A stretch of 64,000 nt of DNA, taken from NCBI GenBank assembly GCA_030430495.1, contig JAUIKM010000009.1, positions 6,250 to 70,249 of the forward strand. Direction: 5' to 3'. Within the stretch, counting starts at the first letter, position 1; the number at the start of each line of letters is the position of its first letter. A program made the position numbers and the translations under genes. Source of the stretch: a bacterium. Its GTDB lineage: Bacteria > Bacteroidota > Ignavibacteria > Kapaibacteriales > UBA7675. The notes under the pieces were generated by a model that worked only from the letters and a program-made list of their open reading frames with translations, searched no databases and was not told the origin of the DNA. Positions 9,390 to 19,039 of this stretch are shown one piece after another.

Positions 9390-10325
9390 ATGCAATCCAC
9401 CGTGGTCCGCATCGAACACCTGGTTAAACGCTTCGGCGATGTGCAGGCGCTGGACGACTGCAACGCCGAAGTCCTTCAGGGCGAAATCTTCGGATTCATC
9501 GGCCCGGACGGCGCGGGTAAAACAACGCTGTTCCGCATTCTCACGACGCTGCTCACGCCCGATGAAGGCCGCGCCGAAGTCCTGGGCCTCGACGTCGTCG
9601 ACGACTACCGCCGCATACGCCCGCAGCTCGGCTACATGCCCGGCCGTTTTTCGCTCTATCACGACCTGAGCGTCGAGGAAAACCTGACCTTCTTTGCAGG
9701 CATTTTCGACGCGGATGTTCAACAGAATTACGAGCTGATACGCGACCTGTACGAGCAGCTGGCGCCGTTTAAAGACAGGCGCGCCGGCAAACTCTCCGGC
9801 GGTATGAAACAGAAACTTGCGCTGTGCTGCGCCCTGATTCACAAACCCCAACTGCTCGTGCTCGACGAGCCAACCACCGGCGTCGACGCCGTCTCGCGCC
9901 GCGAATTCTGGGACATGCTCGGACGCCTGCGGGAACACGGAATCAGCATTGTCGTGAGCACGCCCTACATGGACGAGGCGCGCCGCTGCGACCGCATTGC
10001 ACTGATTCAGGATGGCCGTATCCTGAGCACCGACAGCCCGCAAGCCCTGTCGCGCTCCTACCGCCGGCCGCTGCTGAGCGTGCGTGTTAAACAGAGTTTT
10101 GCCGCCCTGCGTGCGCTGCGCGAGTTTAAACACGCTCACAGTGTGTACAGCTTCGGCGACGCCCTGCACTACAGCGACGCGCGTACAACGCTGACCGGAA
10201 AAGACATCAGCGAACTGCGCGACTACCTGAGCGGCCGCTCCATCGAAGTGGAAGAACTGCACCCGATCGAACCGACCATAGAGGACAGTTTCATGGAACT
10301 CTCCACGGAGCGCAACGATGGCTGA
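9390..10325 (+). CDS. ABC transporter ATP-binding protein (first of two; split YbhF-like).
   Basis: Walker A GPDGAGKTT, ABC signature LSGGMKQKLALCCAL, Walker B LLVLDEPTTGVD. Confidence 0.9.
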   Translation: MQSTVVRIEHLVKRFGDVQALDDCNAEVLQGEIFGFIGPDGAGKTTLFRILTTLLTPDEGRAEVLGLDVVDDYRRIRPQLGYMPGRFSLYHDLSVEENLTFFAGIFDADVQQNYELIRDLYEQLAPFKDRRAGKLSGGMKQKLALCCALIHKPQLLVLDEPTTGVDAVSRREFWDMLGRLREHGISIVVSTPYMDEARRCDRIALIQDGRILSTDSPQALSRSYRRPLLSVRVKQSFAALRALREFKHAHSVYSFGDALHYSDARTTLTGKDISELRDYLSGRSIEVEELHPIEPTIEDSFMELSTERNDG

Positions 10326-11076
10326 AAACGCCAAAGTCATCACGGCGGATAAACTGACCAAACGCTTCGGTGCATTTACCGCGGTCGACGCGATCAGCTT
10401 TGAGGTCGGCGCCGGTGAAATTTTTGGCTTTCTGGGAGCCAACGGCGCGGGTAAAACAACGGCCATGCGCATGCTGACCGGTCTGCTTAAACCGACGTCG
10501 GGCCGCGCCGGCGTGGCGGGCTACGATGTGTTCACGCAGAGTGAAAACATTAAACGACGCATCGGTTATATGTCGCAAAGGTTTTCCCTGTACGAAGATC
10601 TGACCGTCTACGAAAACGTGCGATTCTACGGCGCGGTCTACGGCCTGCGTTCGGAGACGCTGCGGGCTAAAATCAAAGCCGTGCTGGAGGAGCTGGACTT
10701 AACACACGCACGCAACACCTTGCTCGCAGAACTGCCGCTGGGCTGGAAACAGCGCCTGGCGTTTTCCACCGCCTTGATCCACGATCCGGCCATCGTTTTC
10801 CTGGATGAACCGACCGGCGGCGTCGACCCCATAACGCGCCGGCAGTTCTGGGAAATGATCTACGAACAGGCCGAACGCGGCACGACGATCTTTGTGACGA
10901 CGCACTACATGGATGAAGCCGAATACTGCGACCGCGTCTCGATTATGGTCGACGGACGTATCGCCGCACTGGACACGCCGCGCGGACTTAAACAGACATT
11001 TCAGGCTGAAACGATGGACGACGTCTTTGTTCGGTTGGTCCGCGGTCCCAAAAGTTCGGTTGAGGCGGGAGGGTAA
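10318..11076 (+). CDS. ABC transporter ATP-binding protein (second ATPase).
   Basis: Walker A GANGAGKTT, Walker B IVFLDEPTGGVD. Overlaps the upstream ATPase gene by 8 nt. Confidence 0.9.
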   Translation: MAENAKVITADKLTKRFGAFTAVDAISFEVGAGEIFGFLGANGAGKTTAMRMLTGLLKPTSGRAGVAGYDVFTQSENIKRRIGYMSQRFSLYEDLTVYENVRFYGAVYGLRSETLRAKIKAVLEELDLTHARNTLLAELPLGWKQRLAFSTALIHDPAIVFLDEPTGGVDPITRRQFWEMIYEQAERGTTIFVTTHYMDEAEYCDRVSIMVDGRIAALDTPRGLKQTFQAETMDDVFVRLVRGPKSSVEAGG

Positions 11077-11081
11077 AACGC

Positions 11082-12185
11082 ATGCGCGCTTTTGCAGGTT
11101 TTGTTCGCAAGGAATTCAGGCATATCATCCGCGATCCGCGCACTCTGCTGATCCTCTTCGGCATGCCCGTCATCCAGCTCGTCCTCTTCGGTTTTGCCAT
11201 CAGCACCGAACTGCGCACGTCCAACCTCGCCGTGCTCGACATGTCGCGCGATGAAGTCAGCGGCGCAATTCTCGACAGAATGCGCGACTCCGAGTATTTT
11301 AACATAGTCGAAGATGTCGGGAGCGAAGAAGATATCAACGCGGCGATGCAGGCCGGCCGCGTCAAACTCGGTCTGATCTTTGGTCCTGGATTTGCCGGGC
11401 GTTTCAGCTCCGGCGACGGCGCGGCTCTGCGTATCGTGACCGATGCCGCCGACCCGAATACGGCGCGCCTGCTGCAAAGTTATGCCGCGGCGATCGTGCG
11501 TCAGTTTCAGCGGGAGCAGTTAAACGCGCCGGAAACGCCGGGCATGCGTATTCGCACCGCCCTTCTGTTTAACCCGCTGTTGCAATCCGTTTACATGTTT
11601 GTGCCCGGCCTGATAGTCGTTGTGCTCATGCTCGTCTCGGCACTGATGACGTCCATTGCCATCACCCGTGAAAAAGAGATGGGCACGATGGAAGTACTGC
11701 TCGTCTCGCCGCTGCGGCCCTTCCAGATTATCCTCGGCAAGGTATTGCCCTACCTGTTGCTCTCCTGTTTAATCGCCGCACTGATCCTCGTGCTCTCGCA
11801 GACGGTTTTTGCACTGCCCTTCAACGGCAGCATGCTGCTCTTCTGGGTCGAGTGTCTGTTGTTCATTTTCACGTCGCTGGCACTGGGCATTTTCATCTCA
11901 ACGGTGGCGCGCACGCAGCAGGTGGCCATGATGGTTTCGCTCGCGGGATTGCTGATGCCGACAATCCTGCTGTCGGGTTTCATTTTCCCCATCGAAAACA
12001 TGCCGCTGCCGCTGCAGGTAATTGCCAACATCATTCCGGCGCGCTGGTTTCTCGAAATACTCAAAGGCGTCATGATCAAGGGGCTCGGCATTCAGCAGCT
12101 TTGGACACAAACGGCGGTGATAGTTTTCATGCTGCTGCTGTTCACCGGACTGAGCATTCGCAAATTCAACATTCGTTTGCAGTAG
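11082..12185 (+). CDS. ABC-2 family transporter permease (YbhS-like).
   Basis: N-terminus MRAFAGFVRKEFRHIIRDPRTLLILFGMPVIQLVLFG. Six predicted TM segments in the C-terminal half, typical of ABC-2 permeases. Confidence 0.85.
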   Translation: MRAFAGFVRKEFRHIIRDPRTLLILFGMPVIQLVLFGFAISTELRTSNLAVLDMSRDEVSGAILDRMRDSEYFNIVEDVGSEEDINAAMQAGRVKLGLIFGPGFAGRFSSGDGAALRIVTDAADPNTARLLQSYAAAIVRQFQREQLNAPETPGMRIRTALLFNPLLQSVYMFVPGLIVVVLMLVSALMTSIAITREKEMGTMEVLLVSPLRPFQIILGKVLPYLLLSCLIAALILVLSQTVFALPFNGSMLLFWVECLLFIFTSLALGIFISTVARTQQVAMMVSLAGLLMPTILLSGFIFPIENMPLPLQVIANIIPARWFLEILKGVMIKGLGIQQLWTQTAVIVFMLLLFTGLSIRKFNIRLQ

Positions 12186-12209
12186 TTAAACACAATCGGC
12201 ACGGACGGC

Positions 12210-13334
12210 ATGCGCACGATCCTGTTTATCATCCAGAAAGAATTCCTGCAGATTTTCCGCAACAAACAAATGTTGCCGATCATCTTTGTCATGCCGATCA
12301 TCCAGCTCTTTGTGCTGGTGCACGCCGCCAATTTTGAGATTCGCAGCATTCGGCTCGACGTCAACGATATGGACCGCAGCCAGGCTTCGCAGCTGCTGCA
12401 ACAAAAACTCGTCGCGGGCGACCTGTTCCGCATTGTCAACACTTCCGCCACGGCAATGGAGGGACGTCGCAGTCTGGCGGAAGCCCACGCGGACGTCGCC
12501 CTTGTCATCCCCCACAACTTTGAACGGGAATTGCGCGAAGGTAAAAATCCCGTCGTGCAGGTTTCGGTCGACGCCTTGAACGGATTTGCGGCGGGCGTCA
12601 GCCAGTCCTATATCGCCGCTCTGGTGCAGGAGTTCAACGCGGAATATCTGGCGGCGATCGCTGCGGCGCCCCGTGGCGGCGGGCAAGCGGCGGCAATAGA
12701 TCTGAGTTCGTCCTTCTGGTACAACCGCACGATGGAATACGACATCTTCATGGCCCCGGGCATTCTGGTTGTGCTGATCACCATGATCGGCCTGTTCCTG
12801 GCGGGGATGAACATCGTCAAGGAAAAAGAAAGCGGCACAATCGAGCAGTTAAACGTCACTCCGATCAACAGAGTGCAGTTTATCGCCGGCAAGCTGCTGC
12901 CTTTCTGGCTGCTCGCCCTGGGCGAACTGAGCTTCGGCATGGTCTTTGTTAAACTCGTCTTCGACGTTCCCTTCCTTGGCAGCATCGCCCTCGTCTTTGC
13001 GGCGGCGGCAATCTACCTCGTGGTCATTCTCTCGCTCGGCCTGTTGATTTCCACCGTCACCGAAACACAGCAGCAGGCCATGTTTATCGCCTGGTTTATC
13101 ATGGTGATTTTCATTCTCATGAGCGGCATGTTTACGCCAATTGAGAGTATGCCCGACTGGGCGCAGTCAATCAGCCGCGGCAATCCCGTCGCTTATCTCA
13201 TCGAAATCATCCGCCGCGTTCTGTTAAAAGGCGCCGCCGCGGGCGACATCGCACAGCAGCTTTGGGTTCTCTCCGGAATGGCGGGCGGCGTCCTGCTCCT
13301 TGCCGGATTGCGCCAGCGCAAGTCGACCGCCTGA
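12210..13334 (+). CDS. ABC-2 family transporter permease (YbhR-like).
   Basis: A paralogous N-terminus, MRTILFIIQKEFLQIFRNKQMLPIIFVMPIIQLFVL, and the same architecture as the preceding gene. Confidence 0.85.
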   Translation: MRTILFIIQKEFLQIFRNKQMLPIIFVMPIIQLFVLVHAANFEIRSIRLDVNDMDRSQASQLLQQKLVAGDLFRIVNTSATAMEGRRSLAEAHADVALVIPHNFERELREGKNPVVQVSVDALNGFAAGVSQSYIAALVQEFNAEYLAAIAAAPRGGGQAAAIDLSSSFWYNRTMEYDIFMAPGILVVLITMIGLFLAGMNIVKEKESGTIEQLNVTPINRVQFIAGKLLPFWLLALGELSFGMVFVKLVFDVPFLGSIALVFAAAAIYLVVILSLGLLISTVTETQQQAMFIAWFIMVIFILMSGMFTPIESMPDWAQSISRGNPVAYLIEIIRRVLLKGAAAGDIAQQLWVLSGMAGGVLLLAGLRQRKSTA

Positions 13335-13387
13335 CGAGGCCGGGCTTTGTTAACTTCCGGCAGTACATCTGCCGAAATTGCGCCTGC

Positions 13388-13592
13388 GCGCCTGTTTTTG
13401 TCGGCTCACTTTGTTAAACCACCGACCAATTTCAGAGCGCTCACCTGCGGTGGCTTTTATGACTGTTTTGTTTGTCGTGGAGTGTTGTGCCCGGAGGCTG
13501 CGGGACTGTCTTCAAACCCAAAGTCTCCGAGACTTCAACCCGTCCCGCAGCTCACAGTCTTCAAACCCGGTGATAAACAAAAAAATCAAGAA
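13388..13592. mobile_element. MITE/REP-like intergenic element, bounded by an inverted TTTTTGT(T/C) motif and containing a nested 10-bp-stem hairpin.
   Basis: The left end reads CCTGTTTTTGTCGGC. The right end reads CCGGTGATAAACAAAAAAA, which is the reverse complement of TTTTTTTGTTTATCACCGG. Inside is GCUGCGGGAC...GUCCCGCAGC, enclosing AGUCUC-CG-GAGACU. The right arm TTTTGTTTATCACCGGGTTTGAAG matches 56320..56345 at 24 of 25 positions. Confidence 0.5.
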
Positions 13593-13692
13593 GCCCATGA
13601 GCCTGCAAAGCAGCGAGTGAGGCGCCCTCAGGCCAGGTGAAAAGTCAGCGGAAAGTTAACAAAAGTGCTCGCAGAGCCGCGGTGAACGTCGT

Positions 13693-14655
13693 TTAATCAT
13701 ATCGGCGAAAGAGGTCAAAAGCCGTGTCCAGATCGACGTTGCCGCCGCTGATGACAATGAGAATTCTCTTGCTGCGCAATTGTTCGGCCTGTTTAAGCGC
13801 CACCGCCAGCGAGACCGCGCCCGAGGGTTCAACGATGATGTTGAGGTATTGCCACAACAGACGCATGGCGCGCACGATATCCGCGTCGTCCACCGTGTAA
13901 ATATCGTCGACATTATGCTGGATAATCGGCCAGGTGAGCTCGCCCAGTGAAGTAAGAAGTCCGTCGGCAATTGTGTCGGGTTTAACAGACGGAATGATGT
14001 GACCCGCGCGCAGTGAACGCAGTGCGTCGTCGGCCCCGGTCGGTTCCGCGCCCCAGAGTCGGGCCGTCCTGCCGTCGGCGCGCAGACTCAGCGCCGTGCC
14101 GGAAAGCAGGCCGCCGCCGCCCACCGGAGCAATGACGTGGTTAAACACGTCGTCGTCCTGCAGCGCTTCCCTCAGCGCCGTGGACTGGCCGCAGATAATG
14201 CGTTCGTCGTCGTAGGGATGCACCACGTGCGCGCCCAGGTCCTCCACCAGGCGGGCCACCCCGTCCTCGCGCGCCTGCAGCGTCGGCACGCAGTGATGAA
14301 TATTTGCACCGGCATTGCGCACACGCCGTTGTTTAACTTCCGGTGCATTGTCCGGCATGACGATGTTTGCGTCTATTCCGCGCATCTGCGCCGCCAGAGC
14401 CAGCGCCGCCGCGTGGTTGCCCGAAGAATGAGTGGTCACGCCGCGCTTGGCGGTTTCCTCGTCCAGACCAAAAACGGCATTACATGCGCCGCGAAACTTA
14501 AACGCGCCACAGTGCTGCAGGTTCTCGGGTTTAAAGCGAAGATCGAGGCCCGTGACTTTGTTTAACTCGGCGGAAAACAAAAGCGGCGTGCGCCGCACGT
14601 AAGGTGCTATGCGCTCCGCCGCTTGTTGAAGTTCGTGTTCCTGCGGGAACTGCAT
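13693..14655 (-). CDS. Threonine/serine dehydratase-like PLP enzyme (fold type II, Trp-synthase beta superfamily).
   Basis: The HSSGNHAAALA and GGGGLLSG glycine loop are typical of threonine ammonia-lyase or serine racemase. The start codon overlaps the upstream gene's stop by 1 nt (TAATG). Confidence 0.8.
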   Translation of the reverse strand: MQFPQEHELQQAAERIAPYVRRTPLLFSAELNKVTGLDLRFKPENLQHCGAFKFRGACNAVFGLDEETAKRGVTTHSSGNHAAALALAAQMRGIDANIVMPDNAPEVKQRRVRNAGANIHHCVPTLQAREDGVARLVEDLGAHVVHPYDDERIICGQSTALREALQDDDVFNHVIAPVGGGGLLSGTALSLRADGRTARLWGAEPTGADDALRSLRAGHIIPSVKPDTIADGLLTSLGELTWPIIQHNVDDIYTVDDADIVRAMRLLWQYLNIIVEPSGAVSLAVALKQAEQLRSKRILIVISGGNVDLDTAFDLFRRYD

Positions 14656-17600
14656 TACTGGTTTGCGCCGCCGGATGCCGCGTCCGCCCCGCCTTCCGGC
14701 AGACTGTCGCTCACCGGAAAACCGGCCTTGCGTTTAAGGTCCATGATCTGGAACTCAATTTGCGGAATCAGGGCGTTGAGGTACTGATGCCCGGAGTTGC
14801 GATAGGATTCGATCACCTTCTCGGCTTCCGCGATTGCCTCGCTGTACTTGCCTTCCGACTCGTATTTCTCGATGCGGAGTTGATCGATAATCCCTTGCAG
14901 GCTGGGGTCGTCGCCGCGGCCGATTGATTCGCCGTATTGCTGCCAGTAATCCATTGCGGCGTCGTAGTTGCCGAGCATTGTGCTGGCGTCTGCGGCGATC
15001 TGAGCCGGATTATAGGAGTAGGTATAGCGCTCGCGCGTATTCCAGAGTTGGCGATTTTCGGGTTGCAGCAGAAAGTCGGACGATTCCAGCGCCATCTGCG
15101 CAAAGTGCTCGGCCTGGCGCTCCGCTCCGGCGCGGCTGTAGATTTCGGCTATCTGCATTTCCGTGGCAAAAGGCATCGGGAACATCTTGCTCGAAATGTA
15201 TTTGTCGAGCGTGTCCATGACGGCAGTCGCCTTTTCCTTGTTGCCCTGATTCAGCTGCCAGGTGGCGTAGTTCAGGTAGATATTGCGATAGCTGGGAACC
15301 GGGCGCCGGTTGGATTCGTCGTAGTAGACGTCCGGATTGTTCAGGTTGCGCAGTTTCCAGCCGTAGTGCTGCTGCTTGTGATAGTCGTTGCCCGGAATGA
15401 TGTTCAGCAGCGTCTGGTCCATGATGGCTTCGTTGCAGGCAAAAAAGCCGGACTGGTTGTTTTGTGAAACCGGACAGACGCGCAGACACATTCCCTCCAG
15501 GCGGAAGAAGTCTTCCAGCCCCGCATAGGCGTCGGGACCGACGGACATGGAGTAGTACACCGGACGCTCAAAACGCGTGGTTTTGAGGATGTCCGTCACC
15601 AGCTGGTCCTGCACGCGGATCACGTATTCCTGCGGCTCACTACCGCTGCCGTAGGGATCGCCGATGAGCTGCCAGCTCATTTTACCACTGTTGATAATGG
15701 CGGGATCGTCCGTGTACTGGCGCAGGATGTCGGGCGAAACGCTGACTTCCATCGTGCGCTCGCGGTCGATGTAATATGTCAATGCGACCGGCGAGTTTTC
15801 ATCGCGCGTCTGAATCGAAGCATCGCTGAACGAGAGCGGAATCTGCTCCGCGTTCCACGGTCGTTCGTTTTTCAGCTGATCGACGTACCAGAGGGTGTTG
15901 CCGAGGCTCAGGTTGACGATGCGCACGTCGCGACGCACGCCGGCGACGTCCTGCAGGTACCAGACCGGGAAGGTGTCGTTGTCGCCGTTGGTAAAGACAA
16001 TCGCATTTTCCTCGACGCTCTGCAGAATATTATAGGCGTAGTCGAATGGCAGGTAGTTGCCGCTGCGATCGTGAATCGCCCAACCCTGCCAGGCCATGTT
16101 GGCCGGTACCGCCACAAAGGACAGGATCAGAATGACGGCCACCAAAGGCGCGTAACCCGCCTCGCGCTGACGTCGCAATTGTTCGGCGATAAAATACACG
16201 CCGAGGCCTATCCACATGGCAAAGACCATAAATGAACCGGTGTAGAAATAGTCGCGCTCGCGCGGCTGCGGATTCTGTTGGTTCTGCTGCAGCGCAGCTA
16301 TTATTCCGGTCAGCAGGAAAAGCACAAAGTACGCGATTGCCATGCGCGGATCGCGGAATGCCTGAAAGAAGAGACCCAACAGTCCAAAGAGCAGCGGCAG
16401 CGCAAAGAAGCGCGCCGGAAAGTGCTCGGCGAAGGTGCCGACGCCGTAGAGCCAATAGTCTTCATCCGCCCCGATTTTGGTCCAGGGCGCGTCCTGAATG
16501 TCGCTCACCCGGCCGATAAAGTTCCAGGCGAAGTAACGCCCGTACATGTGGCTGGCCTGGTAGTCGATCAGGTAGTTGAATTCGCCGGCTGCGTTGACCT
16601 GGTTGAAGACAGGTACCGCCAGCACCACGCCGTCTTCGCGCTCAACGCGTTCGCGATCGGGCGGATACCATTCGCCGTAGGCGTTAAAATTGCGCTGAAT
16701 ATGCGGACGCGTGTCGTAGCGACGCGGCCACATAGGCGCATCGCCGTATTGTTCGCGGCCCAGGTAGGACACCAGGCTGCTGAGGTCGTTCGGGTTGTTT
16801 TCGTTCATCGGCGGGTGGGCGTTGGCGCGCAGCAGGATGTGCGTGTAGGTGCTGTAGCCCACAAAAATCAGCACAAAACAGGAGCCGACCACCACCAGGA
16901 GGTTGCGGTTGTTGCGCCAGGACCAGAAGATGAAAACCGCCGTGAAGAGCACCAGGAAACCGGCCACGATGCGGTCCAGTTTGCCGGCGTTGATTGTCCA
17001 GTTGCCGTCGATCATGGCCGGCAGCCACTTGACGATGCCGGGGTAGACCATGCCGAAAGCCGCCACCGCCGCGACGCCCATGACCAGGAAGGACAGCAGG
17101 CCCGGCTCGTTTTTGCGGAAGTATATAATGAGTGCAATCGGGAAGATCGTCAGAACCGCCAGCAGGTGAACGCCGATTGAAAGGCCGATCAGATACGCGA
17201 TCATCAGCAGGTAGCGCTCGTTGCCGGGATTGTCCGCCTCCTCATGCCATCGCATGATCAGCCAGACAATGATCGCCACAAAGAGCGTCGAGGCCGCATA
17301 GACCTCCGACTCCACCGCGTTAAACCAGAAAGTATCTGAAAAGATAAAAGCCGCCGCGCCGATAAAAGACGAGCCGTAGACCATCAGGCCCTCGCCGAAG
17401 TCCTTCGGTTTTTCGCCGCGGAAGTTGTTGATGACTATGACGGAGATCAAATAGAGAAGCAGGACACAAAATGCGCTGGAAAGCACGGAGACCAGGTTGA
17501 TGCGCCAGCCTTCATCGCCGAAGGGCAATAAAACGTGAAACACCTTGCCGACCATCAGAAACAGCGGCGCGCCCGGCGGGTGCGGCACCTGTTGCTGGAT

Positions 17601-17726
17601 GGCCGCGGCCGAAAATTCACCGCAGTCCCAGAACGGGACCGACGGCTGCACCGTGAGCATATAGGTGACGAGCGCCAGAGCAAATACCAGGATGCCAAAA
17701 GCGCGATGGAGAGTCTTTGTATCCAT
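14655..17726 (-). CDS. DUF2723 (TMEM260-type) GT-C fold membrane glycosyltransferase-like protein with a C-terminal TPR region. Paralog 1.
   Basis: From the internal ATG at 17726 the N-terminus is MDTKTLHRAFGILVFALALVTYMLTVQPSVPFWDCGEFSAAAIQQQVPHPPGAPLF, the DUF2723 signature. There are about 11 TM helices, then a large soluble region with TPR-like repeats. The track ORF extends 25 codons further upstream. Confidence 0.8.
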   Translation of the reverse strand: MDTKTLHRAFGILVFALALVTYMLTVQPSVPFWDCGEFSAAAIQQQVPHPPGAPLFLMVGKVFHVLLPFGDEGWRINLVSVLSSAFCVLLLYLISVIVINNFRGEKPKDFGEGLMVYGSSFIGAAAFIFSDTFWFNAVESEVYAASTLFVAIIVWLIMRWHEEADNPGNERYLLMIAYLIGLSIGVHLLAVLTIFPIALIIYFRKNEPGLLSFLVMGVAAVAAFGMVYPGIVKWLPAMIDGNWTINAGKLDRIVAGFLVLFTAVFIFWSWRNNRNLLVVVGSCFVLIFVGYSTYTHILLRANAHPPMNENNPNDLSSLVSYLGREQYGDAPMWPRRYDTRPHIQRNFNAYGEWYPPDRERVEREDGVVLAVPVFNQVNAAGEFNYLIDYQASHMYGRYFAWNFIGRVSDIQDAPWTKIGADEDYWLYGVGTFAEHFPARFFALPLLFGLLGLFFQAFRDPRMAIAYFVLFLLTGIIAALQQNQQNPQPRERDYFYTGSFMVFAMWIGLGVYFIAEQLRRQREAGYAPLVAVILILSFVAVPANMAWQGWAIHDRSGNYLPFDYAYNILQSVEENAIVFTNGDNDTFPVWYLQDVAGVRRDVRIVNLSLGNTLWYVDQLKNERPWNAEQIPLSFSDASIQTRDENSPVALTYYIDRERTMEVSVSPDILRQYTDDPAIINSGKMSWQLIGDPYGSGSEPQEYVIRVQDQLVTDILKTTRFERPVYYSMSVGPDAYAGLEDFFRLEGMCLRVCPVSQNNQSGFFACNEAIMDQTLLNIIPGNDYHKQQHYGWKLRNLNNPDVYYDESNRRPVPSYRNIYLNYATWQLNQGNKEKATAVMDTLDKYISSKMFPMPFATEMQIAEIYSRAGAERQAEHFAQMALESSDFLLQPENRQLWNTRERYTYSYNPAQIAADASTMLGNYDAAMDYWQQYGESIGRGDDPSLQGIIDQLRIEKYESEGKYSEAIAEAEKVIESYRNSGHQYLNALIPQIEFQIMDLKRKAGFPVSDSLPEGGADAASGGANQ

Positions 17727-17839
17727 ACGGTTGCCGATGTCCGATTGAAATTGTTGGCCGTCGGAGAAATGCGCTGCGCGCGTCCGGCCTGTGACACACA
17801 AATCCGTAATTTACCGCTTTGAGCGCAGACTGCAAGGTC

Positions 17840-19039
17840 TTATTTGCGGCTTTCGTCTGCGGCGAGCGTCCATTCCGCTCCGGCGGCGTCTTCCAGCCGC
17901 GTGATCACCTCGGCTGAAATTGCATCACAGACCATATAACCGGCTGCCGTCAGACTGATAACGCCCCCGTCAAAGCGCGCCAGTCCACGATCCTGCAGCT
18001 GCCCGGCATAGTCGCCCAGCGCCGCAACGACGTCGATATCAAATTCGCGCTGAAAATCGGCCGGTACTATTCCGGTGGAGCGCAGGCCGAGAAAAGCGCG
18101 TTCAAACATGCGGTCGCTGCGCGAAAGGCGTTCGGAGTTCGCCAGCGGCAGCACGCCCTCGTTCATCATATCCATATAGCGTTTGAGGTTGCGCACGTTC
18201 CAGTAGCGCGTTTCGTCCAGGTAGCCGTGCGCGGAGGGACCGACGGCAAAGTATTCTTCTCCGTTCCAGTATTTCAGGTTGTGGCGGCAGCGCAGGCCGT
18301 CGCGCGCAAAATTGGATACTTCGTACTGTTCATAACCGCCGTCCGCCAGGATCTGCATAACGTCGTCGTACATTGCGGCGTCCAGGTCTTCATCGGCTTC
18401 CCGCACTTCACCGCGCAGGCGCATGGCGTTGAGCGGCGTACCTTCTTCAAAGATGAGGCTGTAGGCGGAGATGTGTTCGGGGCCCAGTTCCAGCGCGTGC
18501 TTCATGTTTGCCTGCCAGCGCTCGCGCTTCTGGCGCGGCAGCGCAAACATCAGGTCCAGGTTAACATTGTCAAAGCCGGCCGCTCTGGCGGTGGTCAGCG
18601 CGTCAAATGCTTCGGTTCGCGAATGAATGCGCGAGAGGAATTTCAGATCGTCTTCGTAAAAGGACTGCACGCCGAAGCTTAATCTGTTGACGCCGTGTTC
18701 GCGGTAGCCGCTCAGACTCTCAACTGTTACCGTCCCGGGATTGCACTCCATTGTCAACTCGACATCCGGAGTCAACACAAGGTGTTCGCGTACGTTGTTT
18801 AATATGTTTCCGATCTGTTCGGGCCGCAGCAGCGAGGGCGTTCCCCCGCCAAAAAATACGGTATCGACCGTCCGCTGACCTTCCGGCAGTTTGTTTAAGC
18901 GCAGATCGATCTCACGCAGCAGCGCGTTAACAAATGCATCGATCATCGAGGTATTTTCGATGGAATAGAAGTCGCAATAGATGCACTTTTTATCGCAGAA
19001 CGGAATATGCAGATAGAGTCCGCGTTGCACGCCATTTCC
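17840..19039 (-). CDS. hemW: Radical SAM HemW/HemN-like protein (heme chaperone / oxygen-independent coproporphyrinogen oxidase family).
   Basis: LYLHIPFCDKKCIYCDF is the CxxxCxxC radical-SAM cluster motif, and GGGTPSLL is present. The track ORF (to 19297) adds an S/Q/R/K-rich, non-protein-like 86-aa extension with no internal Met. The likely start is the GTG at 19039 (VQRGLYLHIPFC), preceded by AGGGAAA. Confidence 0.75.
   Translation of the reverse strand, partial: GNGVQRGLYLHIPFCDKKCIYCDFYSIENTSMIDAFVNALLREIDLRLNKLPEGQRTVDTVFFGGGTPSLLRPEQIGNILNNVREHLVLTPDVELTMECNPGTVTVESLSGYREHGVNRLSFGVQSFYEDDLKFLSRIHSRTEAFDALTTARAAGFDNVNLDLMFALPRQKRERWQANMKHALELGPEHISAYSLIFEEGTPLNAMRLRGEVREADEDLDAAMYDDVMQILADGGYEQYEVSNFARDGLRCRHNLKYWNGEEYFAVGPSAHGYLDETRYWNVRNLKRYMDMMNEGVLPLANSERLSRSDRMFERAFLGLRSTGIVPADFQREFDIDVVAALGDYAGQLQDRGLARFDGGVISLTAAGYMVCDAISAEVITRLEDAAGAEWTLAADESRK

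Noticed and set aside
13347-13640. Small ORFs 13347..13640 and 13378..13620 (plus), and 56196..56420 (minus), sharing the FKPGDKQK peptide.
   Set aside because: The shared peptide is just the translation of the shared TTCAAACCCGGTGAYAAACAAAA repeat core in two different elements. It is interpreted as a non-coding repeat family, not as small proteins.
16278-17180. Long antisense ORFs. These include 16278..17180(+), 46787..48073(+), 61802..63067(+), 33198..34409(-), 29035..30105(+), 57174..58103(+), 59618..60745(+), 60483..61517(+), 26639..27658(+), 27655..28551(+), 6576..7223(-), 9384..10472(-) and 23106..23552(+).
   Set aside because: Each lies opposite a gene with clear family motifs. Their translations are R/A/G/V-rich and low-complexity, typical of stop-poor antisense frames in high-GC DNA.
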